From Deltaproteobacteria bacterium (GTDB lineage: Bacteria > Myxococcota_A > Polyangia > Polyangiales > Houyiibacteriaceae): a stretch of 64,000 bases of DNA. The DNA is taken from the NCBI GenBank assembly GCA_034670305.1, contig JAXMNT010000005.1, positions 1-64,000 on the forward strand, read 5' to 3'. The notes below the pieces were generated by a model that saw nothing but the letters and a program-made list of their open reading frames with translations, had not been told where the DNA came from and made no database searches. The translations under genes and the position numbers were made by a program. Positions 9,301-19,800 of the stretch are shown here, one piece after another; positions within the stretch are counted from its first letter, which is position 1, and each line of letters begins with the position of its first letter.

Positions 9301-12300
9301 CGACGGTGGCGAGGCGGCGGCCAATCGAATCGAAGACGAACTCCCGCGCCACCTGTCGATCGAGCACCACCGGCGCGCCGGGTGCGTCGCTGGCGACCTC
9401 CGCGCGCTCCAGCCGAAGGAGGGCGCCGTCCGCGCGGAACTGCTTGCGCAGCACGAAGAACTGCATCGCGGCGCCCGGACCGGACCGGTACCGCTGGACC
9501 GACTCGACCGCGCGCCCGTGGCCGTCGCTGCGCTCCGTCTCGCACGTCCCGGCGAACACCGGACCGTCGATGTCATCGACCACGAGCCCGTCCACGAAGT
9601 CGCGGAAACCATCGTCGTTGGCGTCGCACGTGGTCACCTCGAGCGGGCGGTAGTGCGCTTCGGTCACCGCGGTGTCGACGACGTTCACCGTCCGGCGCAC
9701 CCGCGAGAACGCGTCGCGCTCGGTCCACGCCCCGACCCGCGTCACCGGGGTCAGGGCTTGCTCGATCGTCGGGTCGGGGTCGTCCAAGAAGCCGCCCTGG
9801 AACGCGCCGGTCGCCGCACCGCGGGCGTCGAGCGCGGTGAGGCCGGATTGGACCCACGGGTGAAGCGCGTCGCCATTGGTGAGCATGGCGCGGCCACGCC
9901 CGAGACCATCGACATAGCGGCGCGAGACGATCGCGTCGTCGCCGTGGCAGTTCGTCGAAGTCCGGGTCGTGACGACCGTCATCGGACGGGCGCGCGAGTC
10001 GTCTGGCACATCGTACGTGGTCTCGCTGCTGGCCACACCGGCAGGGCATCCTTCGACGGGCGGCAGCACCAGCCCGCTCGCGCGACCGAGCGCGTCGTAA
10101 CGGGTCTCGGTGGTCGCCCCTGTGGCGTCGGTGTAGGCGCGCGGCACGCCGAGGCCCGCGTCCCACGTCGCCACTACGTCGAGGAACGTCGCGCTTCCCG
10201 TGTAGAGCCGTTCGAGCACGGGAAGCGCCGCGTAGTCCGTGTCCCAGACGAGCACGCTCAGGCGCCCACAGTCATCGAGGCCCGCGGCGAGATCGCCGCC
10301 GGCGCACATCACGAGCGGGTTCCCGAAGTCGTCGTACGTGGTGCTCGAGACCTGCGCCTCGTCCCGCTGCACGAAGCCGAGCGCGTGATCGTAGCCGTCG
10401 AACTCGAGGGCGACCGGCGCGTGCACGAGGGTGGTCGTGCGGATCACCCGGCCGCGTTCATCGTAGGTCTGGAGCGTCTCCCCGAAACGTGCGCCGCTCC
10501 CGTCCTCGACGAACTGGCTGACGGTCGCATGCAGCCAACCCGTCGGGTCTTCGAGGCGGGCGTGCACCGTCTGCGAGTGAATCGTGGGGTCGATCGGGCC
10601 CGCGTCGGCGAGCGTGACCTGGCCGTGCTGCGTTTGGCGCACGACCTGGCCGAGGTCGGTGACGGTTTCGGTGGTCTCTCGGGTGCGAACGGCGCCCGCG
10701 CCGCGGATCGGGATCGTCTCGGTCGCGTGCGTCCGCGCCTCTGCGCCACCGGTGCCTTCAACCCGGACCGCGACCGCGTCCAAGTGATCGTCCAGCGCGG
10801 TGAAGGGCTCGGTCTCGTAGGCGAGCGTCCCGGACTCGAACGGGTACGCGAAGGCGATCGGCCGACCGTCTAGACCATGGGCAATGGTGCGGAGCGCGAT
10901 CTGGGTGAACGACGTGCTCAGGGTGGTGCCCTCGTCGTCCCGCGTCTCGACCAGCCACGGGGTCGCCGCGATCGCATCGAAGGGGTTCGCCGCGAGCCGG
11001 TTGCCCTCGAGCGAAGCTGGGCGCGCACCGCGGTGGAAACGCGTCTCGGTGATGGCGGTGGGGTGACTTGCGTCCCCGACCGCGATCTCCTCGGCCCGCC
11101 CGAACCCGCGGAAGGCGCGCTCGGTGCCGTCGAAGCGGGGCGCGTGGTAGCGGTATTCGGTCCGGCCGCACCAGCCGGCGGGTCCAAGCACATCGAGCCG
11201 GTCACACACCTCGGTGGCCCGCACGACCGTGGGCAGCGCCGGCGAGTTGCCCTCTCGGCCGCACCCTCCGGCGCAGGCCTCGGATCCTTCGCGCACGTCC
11301 GCGGCGAGGTCCTCGAGGTAGTCGATCGCACTCGACTCGTATTCGATGCGGGCCTCGCCGCCGGTGGGCAACTCGATCCGCGTCAGCAGACGCGGACGCA
11401 CCCCGCCGAGCAGGTCGACCCAGCGCCAGTCTCCGGAGGCGGCGTAGAGCACGTCGATCGTGCCGCTCGCGTCGAGGTCCACCAGTCGCACGTCCGCGCC
11501 CAAGGCGAAGGGCGCATCGATGCGTTCCCCGGCGGCGAAGAAGTCGCCACCACGGTTGAACCAGACCTCGATCGTCGCGTCCCGGATCTCGAGGAGGTCC
11601 GCGGTGCCGTCGTGGTCGACGTCGGCGAAGGACAGCCCGGGGCGGTCGGCACGCACCCGCGGTGGGACCGCCGCCATCTCGACCCCACCGGTTGCGAACC
11701 CGTCTTCGCACCCGTCGCCGAACGTGCCGTCGCCGTTGCCCGGGAAGTACACGATCCGTCCCAGGTCCATCCAGACCAGGTCCTGCAGTCCGTCCCCGTC
11801 GAGATCCGCGAGCCGAGCTCCTTCGGAGAACCGGACGCGCTCACCTCCCGCATGGGCGGCGCAGTGGGTCTCGGGTTCGTCCACCGCTTCCCAGCCCCGC
11901 GCCCCCTCGGCGGCGTGGCCGAAGCGACCGTCCCCGCCGGCTACGTGGCCGAGGTTGAACCACACGCGGTGGTGATCGCCCGCGGTCTCGAGCCAGTCGA
12001 CGAAACCGTCCGCGTCGAGGTCCACCGCACGGAGATCCGGACTGCCGAGGTCGAGGTCGGGGTCGTCGAGCGGATGGGCCTCCGCGTATGCCCATTGCCA
12101 GCGTTCGGAGGTTGGCGAGGTGCGCACCCGCTCGCGCTGTGGGGTGTATCGACCGCGCCGCTCGGAGTACCGCGCCCAACGGACCAGATCGCTGCGCCCG
12201 TCGCCGTCGGCGTCCATGGGACGCACATCTCGGTCGGCGAGTGAGACGGCCCCTCGATGGCCAAGTGGCAAGGCCGTTGGGGTGGCAGGCGAGAACGCGC

Positions 12301-13762
12301 CGGCCATGCCGGGCCGTCCCTCTGGGAAGCCGTTGAAGTGCACATCGATGCGTCCGTCCAACGTCCGGATGACGTCGGTCAGTCCGTCCCCGTTGACGTC
12401 GAAGAGATCCGTCGTCGCCTCGCGCACACCAACCGGCGGGCTGCTCGGCGAGTGGTGCGTGATCGGGTTCAACGAACCCAAGCCGCTGTAGACAAAGCGG
12501 GTCGCGGGCAAGCGCGGGCGGACCCCGTCGACCTCGCGACCCTCCATCCAGATCTCTGCGAGCAGCGAGTGGTGGCCTGGCGCGTAGCGGAGCGGGTAGC
12601 GCCGAACGACGTCGTCCTCGCCCCCAGCCACGCTCACCACATCGATGCGCCGAAGCCGGCGGGCCAGCGTGGTCGAGAACCCACGCGCCCGAGACACGCG
12701 GACGTCCTCGCGTGCTTCGTAGTGGAACTCGACGCGGCGTCCCCACGTCGACAAGGGCGCCGCGCACGCGCGGGTCTCCGCCACGCTTGCCCGGGCGCAG
12801 TCGCTCGGGCTGTCGTAGTGAACGCTGCGCACGTACGCGAGCCCGCCGTGCGATTCGTAGGTGAAGTGCACGACGTTGCCGTTCGCGTCCGCGCTCCGGA
12901 CGAGTTTCCAGGTGTGCACGCGCGCGCCGGACCGAACCAGCGCGCCGGTGTCGCGTGGGGTCGGGCCGTCGGTCACCACCCCGTAGTCGAGCCGGCTCCC
13001 GTCGGCGCTTTGCACGACCCAGTGTCGCCAGTCGGGGCTCCGGTAGACTCTTCGGAAACCGCCTTCGATGCGGGTCCGGTAGGCCTGGTAGTCGGCGAGC
13101 TCGGCGGGCGGGGCCCCGCCTCGGTAGGTCTCGGGCAACGTGGTGGGATCGACGGGGACGAGCTCCGCACCGTCGAGCGCGAGCCGGTCCTCGAGTGCCT
13201 GCCAGCGCGGCCTGTCGACGTAGCGCGGGACACCGCGATCCCCCATGCGCGCGACCGACGACACCCCGAGGCTCCAACCGAACCCGAGTGGGCCGTTGCC
13301 CGAGCTCGTGGAGTACCCAAGGGTGATGCTGGGCTGGTGCCCCGCGCGTCCGGGCGGGAGGACGATCGGCACCGAGTAGCCTCCCGCGCCGCTCGAGAGG
13401 ACGGCGCGGAAACGTTCGCCCATGCCCTGCGCCGATCCCTCTCCGTCGGGCAGCGTGAGGCGCTGTGGGGTGGCGGCGCTCCGCTCTTCCCCATCGGGCA
13501 AAGAGACTTCGTGCCCCTCGACCGCCGGATCCGCGAGCATCTGCTCGGCGAAACGTTCGGCTCCGTGAACCGCCGGGCCGAGAGCCCGATTCGACTCTGG
13601 GGCATGCGTCAGGTTGGCCGAGACGTCCTCCCGGAGCTCCGTGCGGTCCTGGGCCGCGACCCCCGCGCTGGCGGCGAGCACCAGCGCGAGCGTGAGCGTG
13701 CGCTGCTGTGTGAACCGGGGATGCCGGGGACGGCGCGCCGTGGGTGCGATCGGGGGAACCAT
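6326..13762 (-). CDS. TcB-TcC-like fusion toxin: signal peptide + SpvB/TcB N-domain + FG-GAP repeats + YD/RHS repeats + RHS core + C-terminal deaminase-like cargo
   Basis: AAGGAG RBS and signal-like TLTLALVLAASAGVAA. TcB/SpvB-type LPDGEGSAQGMGERF...YSVPIVLPPGRAG...GNGPLGFGWSLG. Six DxxxxGxxD repeats, midN-like EYRY...FDGTERAFRGFG, YD repeats, and core GFTTKEADEEVGLVYFGERY...GRWATPDP...DPIGL. Confidence 0.9.
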   Translation of the reverse strand: MVPPIAPTARRPRHPRFTQQRTLTLALVLAASAGVAAQDRTELREDVSANLTHAPESNRALGPAVHGAERFAEQMLADPAVEGHEVSLPDGEERSAATPQRLTLPDGEGSAQGMGERFRAVLSSGAGGYSVPIVLPPGRAGHQPSITLGYSTSSGNGPLGFGWSLGVSSVARMGDRGVPRYVDRPRWQALEDRLALDGAELVPVDPTTLPETYRGGAPPAELADYQAYRTRIEGGFRRVYRSPDWRHWVVQSADGSRLDYGVVTDGPTPRDTGALVRSGARVHTWKLVRSADANGNVVHFTYESHGGLAYVRSVHYDSPSDCARASVAETRACAAPLSTWGRRVEFHYEAREDVRVSRARGFSTTLARRLRRIDVVSVAGGEDDVVRRYPLRYAPGHHSLLAEIWMEGREVDGVRPRLPATRFVYSGLGSLNPITHHSPSSPPVGVREATTDLFDVNGDGLTDVIRTLDGRIDVHFNGFPEGRPGMAGAFSPATPTALPLGHRGAVSLADRDVRPMDADGDGRSDLVRWARYSERRGRYTPQRERVRTSPTSERWQWAYAEAHPLDDPDLDLGSPDLRAVDLDADGFVDWLETAGDHHRVWFNLGHVAGGDGRFGHAAEGARGWEAVDEPETHCAAHAGGERVRFSEGARLADLDGDGLQDLVWMDLGRIVYFPGNGDGTFGDGCEDGFATGGVEMAAVPPRVRADRPGLSFADVDHDGTADLLEIRDATIEVWFNRGGDFFAAGERIDAPFALGADVRLVDLDASGTIDVLYAASGDWRWVDLLGGVRPRLLTRIELPTGGEARIEYESSAIDYLEDLAADVREGSEACAGGCGREGNSPALPTVVRATEVCDRLDVLGPAGWCGRTEYRYHAPRFDGTERAFRGFGRAEEIAVGDASHPTAITETRFHRGARPASLEGNRLAANPFDAIAATPWLVETRDDEGTTLSTSFTQIALRTIAHGLDGRPIAFAYPFESGTLAYETEPFTALDDHLDAVAVRVEGTGGAEARTHATETIPIRGAGAVRTRETTETVTDLGQVVRQTQHGQVTLADAGPIDPTIHSQTVHARLEDPTGWLHATVSQFVEDGSGARFGETLQTYDERGRVIRTTTLVHAPVALEFDGYDHALGFVQRDEAQVSSTTYDDFGNPLVMCAGGDLAAGLDDCGRLSVLVWDTDYAALPVLERLYTGSATFLDVVATWDAGLGVPRAYTDATGATTETRYDALGRASGLVLPPVEGCPAGVASSETTYDVPDDSRARPMTVVTTRTSTNCHGDDAIVSRRYVDGLGRGRAMLTNGDALHPWVQSGLTALDARGAATGAFQGGFLDDPDPTIEQALTPVTRVGAWTERDAFSRVRRTVNVVDTAVTEAHYRPLEVTTCDANDDGFRDFVDGLVVDDIDGPVFAGTCETERSDGHGRAVESVQRYRSGPGAAMQFFVLRKQFRADGALLRLERAEVASDAPGAPVVLDRQVAREFVFDSIGRRLATVDRDTDRPGATPTEGRWRYLYDDLGQLLAVRDPRGCGQNFFYDRVGRLRAEQYVGCAESAPSPVAPMPLEGEAWADGAVPAGTPVDTQHWYDARPAWAGWDGLPPSASELGRHVATADRAQRSQSGHDLRGQVVWGARQVRQVGDAPALDTRPDGTVERLDGAPQAEAWWPAQPFLATTVHDHAGRVVKTTLPTDPFEGASVGGELEYDARGLPALARVLVDDLPLVDVLSSAQYDFDGALLRGTYGDDRFETVTERDARRRPLRATTTRLVPVVGGLLPEVAQLVDTRYVFDDADNLVETRDLRDPESWPAGHRPRSTRARHDSLYRVVGVEHRFGPDPADVLDAPQDWRDERARQRPVDPMSTVPAPRLGGDAAGRAHTFAYAYDFLANMTEWTGDDPSAGFYERSLGTLVNGAQGRPSALASAHDLGGDDPANRGGWLDVAYGDGGNVLAYEVHARCADAGGVCAADDLARCACAEAQRYEYDWDELDRLDEARRYDGGAGAGWTLAARQRYRYDGQNRRVVKQTLPVAAGTDERIALDVVAGDFVLRGVRREAGVYTSGEGADRAEAQYLLAGARIVWQEPPPESGELPRHRVTMALTDLVQSTTAVVDLLEGELVQVGTFHPNGARETLLVADDPVSPEPAGFTTKEADEEVGLVYFGERYLIPRLGRWATPDPAEIHALAGGEVLNSYHYVGGNVLQTRDPIGLNPAHGALAQQWADAIKKASGLRDTIAVGIQADGTVIIGRSGSGYSALRDAVQKTLPNQRVIYASSPGSRLGIAGTHAERAVVIAHDNLRGASSGKITIATDVLHPPCTAQCAPYLQGRSDVTFHNQRTPAEMLRARNHEAGRRWRLTTNPRVTGIYLENGKEEAKLLRHTRRRAVPRIQNPPPTASGAGRVLGVAGGVLVLHDVVNAPEGQRLATAGRGLYAMTPIGMFHNSMEALADSIVDAATGHMDTGGASFEHDPPEPNENADTAEEMMSHMLDNGAM

Positions 13763-13807
13763 GAGCCTCTCCTTGTCGGTGTGAATGCGTGTACGGGAGG
13801 AGAGGAC

Positions 13808-16800
13808 TCAGTCCGCGTTCCAGTAGGTGTACTGGGCGAGGAGCTGCACATCGCGCAGCTCACCCACGTCGAAGCGCCCGTCGTCTTCGATCCGGATCCG
13901 CCACTGTCCCTGCACCGGTCGGCCGCGAAGGTCGGCGTGAAACACCAGCTCCCCGTCGCGCTCGTCGCGCACGTAGGATCCGACGCTCGCGTCGGCGACG
14001 ACCGTCATCGGTGCGAGCGGCACCCGGTACTGCCCGCCTTCGTGATCACGCACGGTGGAGGCATCGTGGCGCAGCTCGTACGGGTAGCGGTCCCGCGCGT
14101 AGCAGCTCCAGCCGCCCTCCTCGCACGCCAGCAGCTGGTCGCGCTGCACCAGGTTCACCGCCACCGAGTGCAGCCGGTAGTTGTAGAACCCCGGGTGCAC
14201 ACCCGCTTGCCGCAGGCGCCCTTGCAGGTCCGCGTCGTTGAGGTCGAAGGTGATCTCGTGGAAGCACCGCCCGTCCCAGCCGCACACGTAGTCTACGTGG
14301 TCGGCGCGGAACCGCTCGGCGTCCACGTCCGGGCAACCGAAGCGCTCTTGGGCCGGCCCACGCAACGCGCCGTCGGTCGCGACGAAGCGTCGCGGCGACG
14401 CGACGTCGACGAGGCGCTCGAGCTGGACGGCTGCCAACGCGCGCGTCTCGTGCCCGGCCTCGAGCGCGAAGTGCACCTCCACGACCTCTTCCACCGGGAC
14501 GTCGAGGACCACTGCGTGGCGGTGCCAACCGGGCGCGGTGAACGCATCGCTGACGTCGGTCGCGCCGCCTGCGCTGGCCGTGCCCGAGTCCGATGCAACC
14601 GCGACGACGAGATGCGACTCGGGGTCGGTTCGTTCCGCGGTGTCGTCCCGCTCGTACCACGAGAGCCAGAATCGACCTCGGACCGGTTCGGTCGTCGCGT
14701 TGCCCCATGCCCCTGCTGGATCGCTCGCCAGCTGGTAGGCGACCGAGTGCCCGAGCGGCGCACCAACCTCGCCCGATTCGACAAGGTACGGCACATCGTC
14801 GATCGGCCAGACCGCGGCGCAGCTGGTCTCCGGATCCGCGCAGACCGGGAACCAGCCAGCGTCGTCCTCGGTGGCGAGCTCGCCCAGGCGAGCGCTCCAG
14901 GCGAACAGGTTCGGCGAGTCGGCCGCGCAGATGCCGGCGCTCTCGAACACGTGGTCGGCCAGCGCGATGGCGGCGGACGCCCGCCCATCGCCAAGACCGA
15001 TCGCGCCCCGATACCCTCGGGTGAAGTCGCGGAGCAAACGCGCGTAGTCGCCTACGAAGCCATCCGCCAACCCGGTCACGATCCCGCTCGGGTTGCTCGC
15101 GGCGAAGTCGCCGGTCTCGCGGAGGTGCCGGTAGTCCACCGGGTTCATCGCGCAAAGCGCATCCGCCCACTCGGGTGGCGCCTCGAGCAGCCCAAGGTCG
15201 CCCGTCCGGTTCCACAGCTCTCGGTCGGCGAGATTCACAGCAAAGTGCTGCTCAATCGTGCGGCGCGCTTCCCAACCGAGTGACTTGGCGCGGTCGTGGG
15301 CGCGTTCGCACGCGCGTTGCAGCCGGCCGTGCCGGGCACGCATCACGGTGTTGACCGCGTGCTGGCGCCCCGACGCATCCGAACCCGCGAGCAGCATGCG
15401 TGAGAACGCGACGCGCGCTTGCTGGCGGTTGCGGCGGAGCCCCTCTACCCCTCTGCCGATCTGCTCGAGCGCGAGCTCCATCGACTCCACGGCGCGCGTC
15501 ATGTTCTCGGCGTGCGCGGCGAGTCGGTCGCCCGCATCGATCAACGCGAGTTCGATCGCCAGCGCGGTGCGCCGATCCTCTGCCTCGCCGCGGAGCGAGG
15601 TGTTGATGGCGAGGGTCCCGGTGGCGGTGCACGTCGCGCCTGCCGACACGACCTGCCGCCCGATGTCCCAACTGATGGTGAGGCTTCGGAGCACGGCCAG
15701 GGTGCAATCGAGGTTTTGACGGATGTGTTCGGCCGCGCGGACGTACTCGCTGACATCCCGCTGCGCTTCTTCCATCCGGATCGCGGTCGAGGCCCGCTCG
15801 ACCGTGACGCGCGCGCTCCGCACTTCGTCGAGCAGCTGACGCTCCGAGCGGGCCAGATCGACCAACGCGGTGCGCACCTGCGCCAACTCCGCGCCGTACG
15901 CGCCCTCCGGCGTGCGCTCTCGGGCGGCGAGGTCGCGCGCCACGTGGACCGGCAGGCCGAAGAGCGCGCGCGCGCTGATCGAACGCTGCAGCTGCGAGGC
16001 GCGGTGCCCGATGTAGGCGGCCGCCACCGGAAGATCGGCCAGGGTCTCGACGACCGGCGCCACATCCAGATCGTGCCCATCGTCCGGGGGGGACCCGAGC
16101 TCGCAGGTCAGCTCGAGCGCATCGAGGAGGTCGGGCATGAAGAGCACGTCGCCGTCGAGGACCCAGCCCTCGAAGTAGGTTGGATCGGTGGCGTGGTCGC
16201 GGAGAATCGACTCGAGCGAAGGGGTCGCGACGTGCGCACCACCGCGTGGCGCGCCCTGCCGTGCACGTCCGAAGAAGTCGGGCGGGTCCACGAGCGTGCC
16301 CGGGCGCGCCGAGACCGCGCGACCGAACATCGGGGTCAAACCCATCACCTCGAGGGCACGGCGTGAGAGCGCCGCCGGGTCGCCGCCGTCCACCTGATGA
16401 ACCAGGCCCTGGGTGCTCGCATAGGAGGCGACGCCCGACTGCACCGTTCCCAGCTCGTCGGTAAGCCAGTCTGGAAGTGCTCTTGCCCAGGCGCCGGGCC
16501 CGACCGGGGGCTGGTGGAACCATGGCGCGTCGAAGTCTGCGTCCGGAACGCCGCCCCACTCCGGAATCTCGACGAGGGCGCCCACCAACACGTTGGCGAG
16601 CTCGGGGTCCGCGGGCCACGCGAGCTCACGCGGCACGAGCGTGGTCTCGCACCCCTCCCCGCAGGAAACCGTGAACCGGCGGGCAGCGGGGACATGGTGG
16701 ACCAGGACGCGCTGGTAGAGCCCGTCCCGAACGACGTGGTGGCCGAAGTTGTGTCGGACGCTGGTTCGCCAGTCCGTCACATTGTCCGCGGCGCCTCCGG

Positions 16801-19800
16801 ACGATCCGATCGCGTGGAGCGCCGCGACCCCGCGGTACAGCCGCGTGTTCATCCGGAAGCGCTCGACCGGGTCGGAGCAGTCGTAGCGGGCGTCGTAGAG
16901 CCGGCTCATCAAACGCATCTGTCCGGGATTGACCGGCTCGCCGGGACCTGCGCAGAGCGTCCGCTCATCGGCGGCGTGGGGCAGGCCTTCTTCCACCGAG
17001 CCACTGTGCATCCAGAGGCCGCCGTCGCGGGTCACCCGGCCGAGGTGGTGCAAGTGTGCTTCGTAGCCGACCTGCCGCGCCATGGCGCGGAAGTTGATGC
17101 CACGCGCCCAGGCTGCGGCCTGCTCGGCCGCGGCCGCGCGTTCGTTTCCTTCGGCGGTGCGGACATCGTGCAACAGTCCGCGGCACGAGCGGATGGTGAC
17201 CGCGGCGTCTTGCTCGTTCGACGTCGCGCCGACCAGACCGAGCTCGCGATCGGACGCACGAAACTCGTACCCAAGCCCCCAGCCGTCACCGAGCTCGTTC
17301 GCTTGGAGGAAGGACGCCCGATCGCAGTCGCCCTGAACCAGGACGGGACAGGCGCGCGGACACTCCACACCCTCGGGACAGACGCAGGGGTCGAAGCCCG
17401 GGGCCTGGAAGAAGCAGACCGGCGCCGTGCCGAGCGCGGTGTCGACGCGAACGTCGTCCGCGGCCTCGCCGAGACAAGCCCGCAACGCCTCCTGGTCCTC
17501 CGCCGGGAGCTCGCCCAGGCAGAACCCACCGAAGCACTCCGCGCCCTCCCCGCAGTCCTCGACCGACACGCACGCTGGGGGCGGCTCGTCCCCGGGCCAC
17601 ACGTCGACCACGACACCACCGCACGCAAGTTCGAGTTGCTCACGCGCGGACTCCGCGCGGGCGTCGAGACCGAGGCCGCTCTCGATGACCTGCATGCAGG
17701 CTGCGTCGGACTCCTGGGCGGCCCGTTCGAAGGCGCGCAGGCGGCACTCGTAGGCGTTGTCCACGTCGTCGGCGCCGCACTCGTTCTCGTCGATCACACT
17801 CTCGAGCGCGACGTGCGCCGAGCGGTCGCCACAGACGAACGCGGGCCGGCTGCAGTGGTCCTCGTCGGGCAGCAGCTGACCGAGCGCGTCGATCAGGCCT
17901 GGCCCGAAGATGATCGTCTGAAGCGAAGGGGGCCGGAACTTCGTGTACACGCCGCCCGGCGAGTACGACACCCGCGGGCGGGGGTGCGGGTGCACCCCGA
18001 AGAGGACCTCGCCGCCGGCGAGCGCGTAGAGGACATCGTCTTCGGTCCAGTGCGGACAGCCTTCCGTCGCGCAACGGGCGCTCACCGCGTCGCTTCCGAC
18101 CCGGACGCTGACCGCCTCGCCATGGCCACCGGCTTCGAGCGCTGTGGGCGCAGCTTCTGGAGTCACGGTCGCGGTGTAGCGATCGCAGTCCGTCCCGATG
18201 GTGCCGCCCGCGGCGGCACTGCAGGCCACGCGACCGGCCTCGCTCCAGACGAGGCGCACGTCCTTCTCACCAAAGACGGTCACATACAGATGGTCCGCGC
18301 CGTCGCCGAGGTCCTTGCCGGTCGCGATCCGCGCTTGACCGCGCACGTCCTGGGACACGAGTCCGAGGCCGCGCGAGGCCGCGCTCTGCACGGCCAGCTG
18401 CGCCGCGGAATCGGAGAACGCGGTGGCGTTCCCGACGATGCGGGCGAGCGCTCCACGCGCTTCGAGCATGGCCGCGGCGACGGTTCCACCGGCCCCGAGG
18501 GATTCCTCAGGCAGGTGTCCGCAGCGCCCGTAGTGCCAGTCGCTCGTGCCGCCGCAGGCGAGGTAGCCCTGCGATGCAGGCTCGCCCGGCAGCGGCTCAT
18601 CGACCGAGTGGACGTGGTTGATCTGAGCCCGTCCGATCGTGTTCGCCATCGCCACAACGGGAGACCGGCCGCCCGAGAGCCGGACCTCGCGGCCGGGTCG
18701 GGCCGCGTCCGGAACGACCGGGACGCCCACGAGCCGGTCGCGGTCCAAGAGGTAACGTCGCGCGTCTTCGAGCTGCGGCAGGTCGATCCCCGCCGCCGCG
18801 AGGACGTCTTCGTCGTCGGCCACTTCGAGGCCTTCCTGGGCGATCCAATCCGGCAGGTCCTCACGCATCGCGTTGACGGTGACGCCGGCCAGCGTGGCGC
18901 CGGGCTCGTCGAGTTGCACGCCCAACCGCTCGAGCAGTTCGGCGGTCGCGACTCCGGCGTCCCCGATCTCGTCGCAGAGCAGGTCGTCGTCACCGGGCGC
19001 TTGGACCCGGGAGACGGCGTCTGCGAGCCGCGGGTATCCGACGAGCTGCGTCGCGAGCGCGGCCTGTACCCGCGTCGCGGCGTCCGTCCTCCGCTCGTGT
19101 TCGGCGGCCGCGGCTTGCACCATCGCGTCGGCGTTGGCGAGTCCGGGCAGCTGCCCGAGACCCACGTCGTGCAAGACCTCCACCGTCTCGGTGAGCGTGG
19201 CCACGCCGATCTCGGCGAGCGTGATCGTCTCGGTGTGGCCGATGCCACCACAGTCCGGCAGCTCCGCCGGGCACCCGCCCGTTTCGTAGGTGCTCTCGCC
19301 CGAGGGGAAACGATCCTCGAGGTTCACCGTGCCGTCGCCGCCCCCGGTGCTGCCGCCGCGGTCGAGCAACTGGCGTCCCCGGTGCACCGACTCCATGGCC
19401 TGCTGGGTCGCAAGCATGCTCAGGGTCAGTCGGTCCTGGGCGCTCTCGGGCTGGACGGTGAACGCGACGACCCCGCACGCGGTGTAGCCGCTCGCCGGAT
19501 CGTAGCGCTCCATCGTCTCGCGGTCCCGCATCGCGATCGTGCCATCGGAGCAGACGTCGACGGCCAGCGGAACGCTCGCCATCGTCTGGAGCCGGTGCGA
19601 GAGACAGAGATGAACCTGCTGCGCGATGGCGTCGCGCAGCGCCGCGTCCCCCATGCAGTCCGGGTCGTAGCATTCGAGCTCACCCTCCACGGCGCGCTCC
19701 TCGAACCTCCAGCGCCCGACCTCCTCGACGCAGCCGAGTTCGAGCGTGTGCAGCAACTCGTCGCACCCGCCGTCGCCTGCGTCGCAAGTGACCAACGTAT

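Noticed and set aside
13650-13762. Tat signal in the RHS protein (ARRPR)
   Set aside because: Lacks the S/T-RR-x-FL consensus; a Sec-type signal is more plausible
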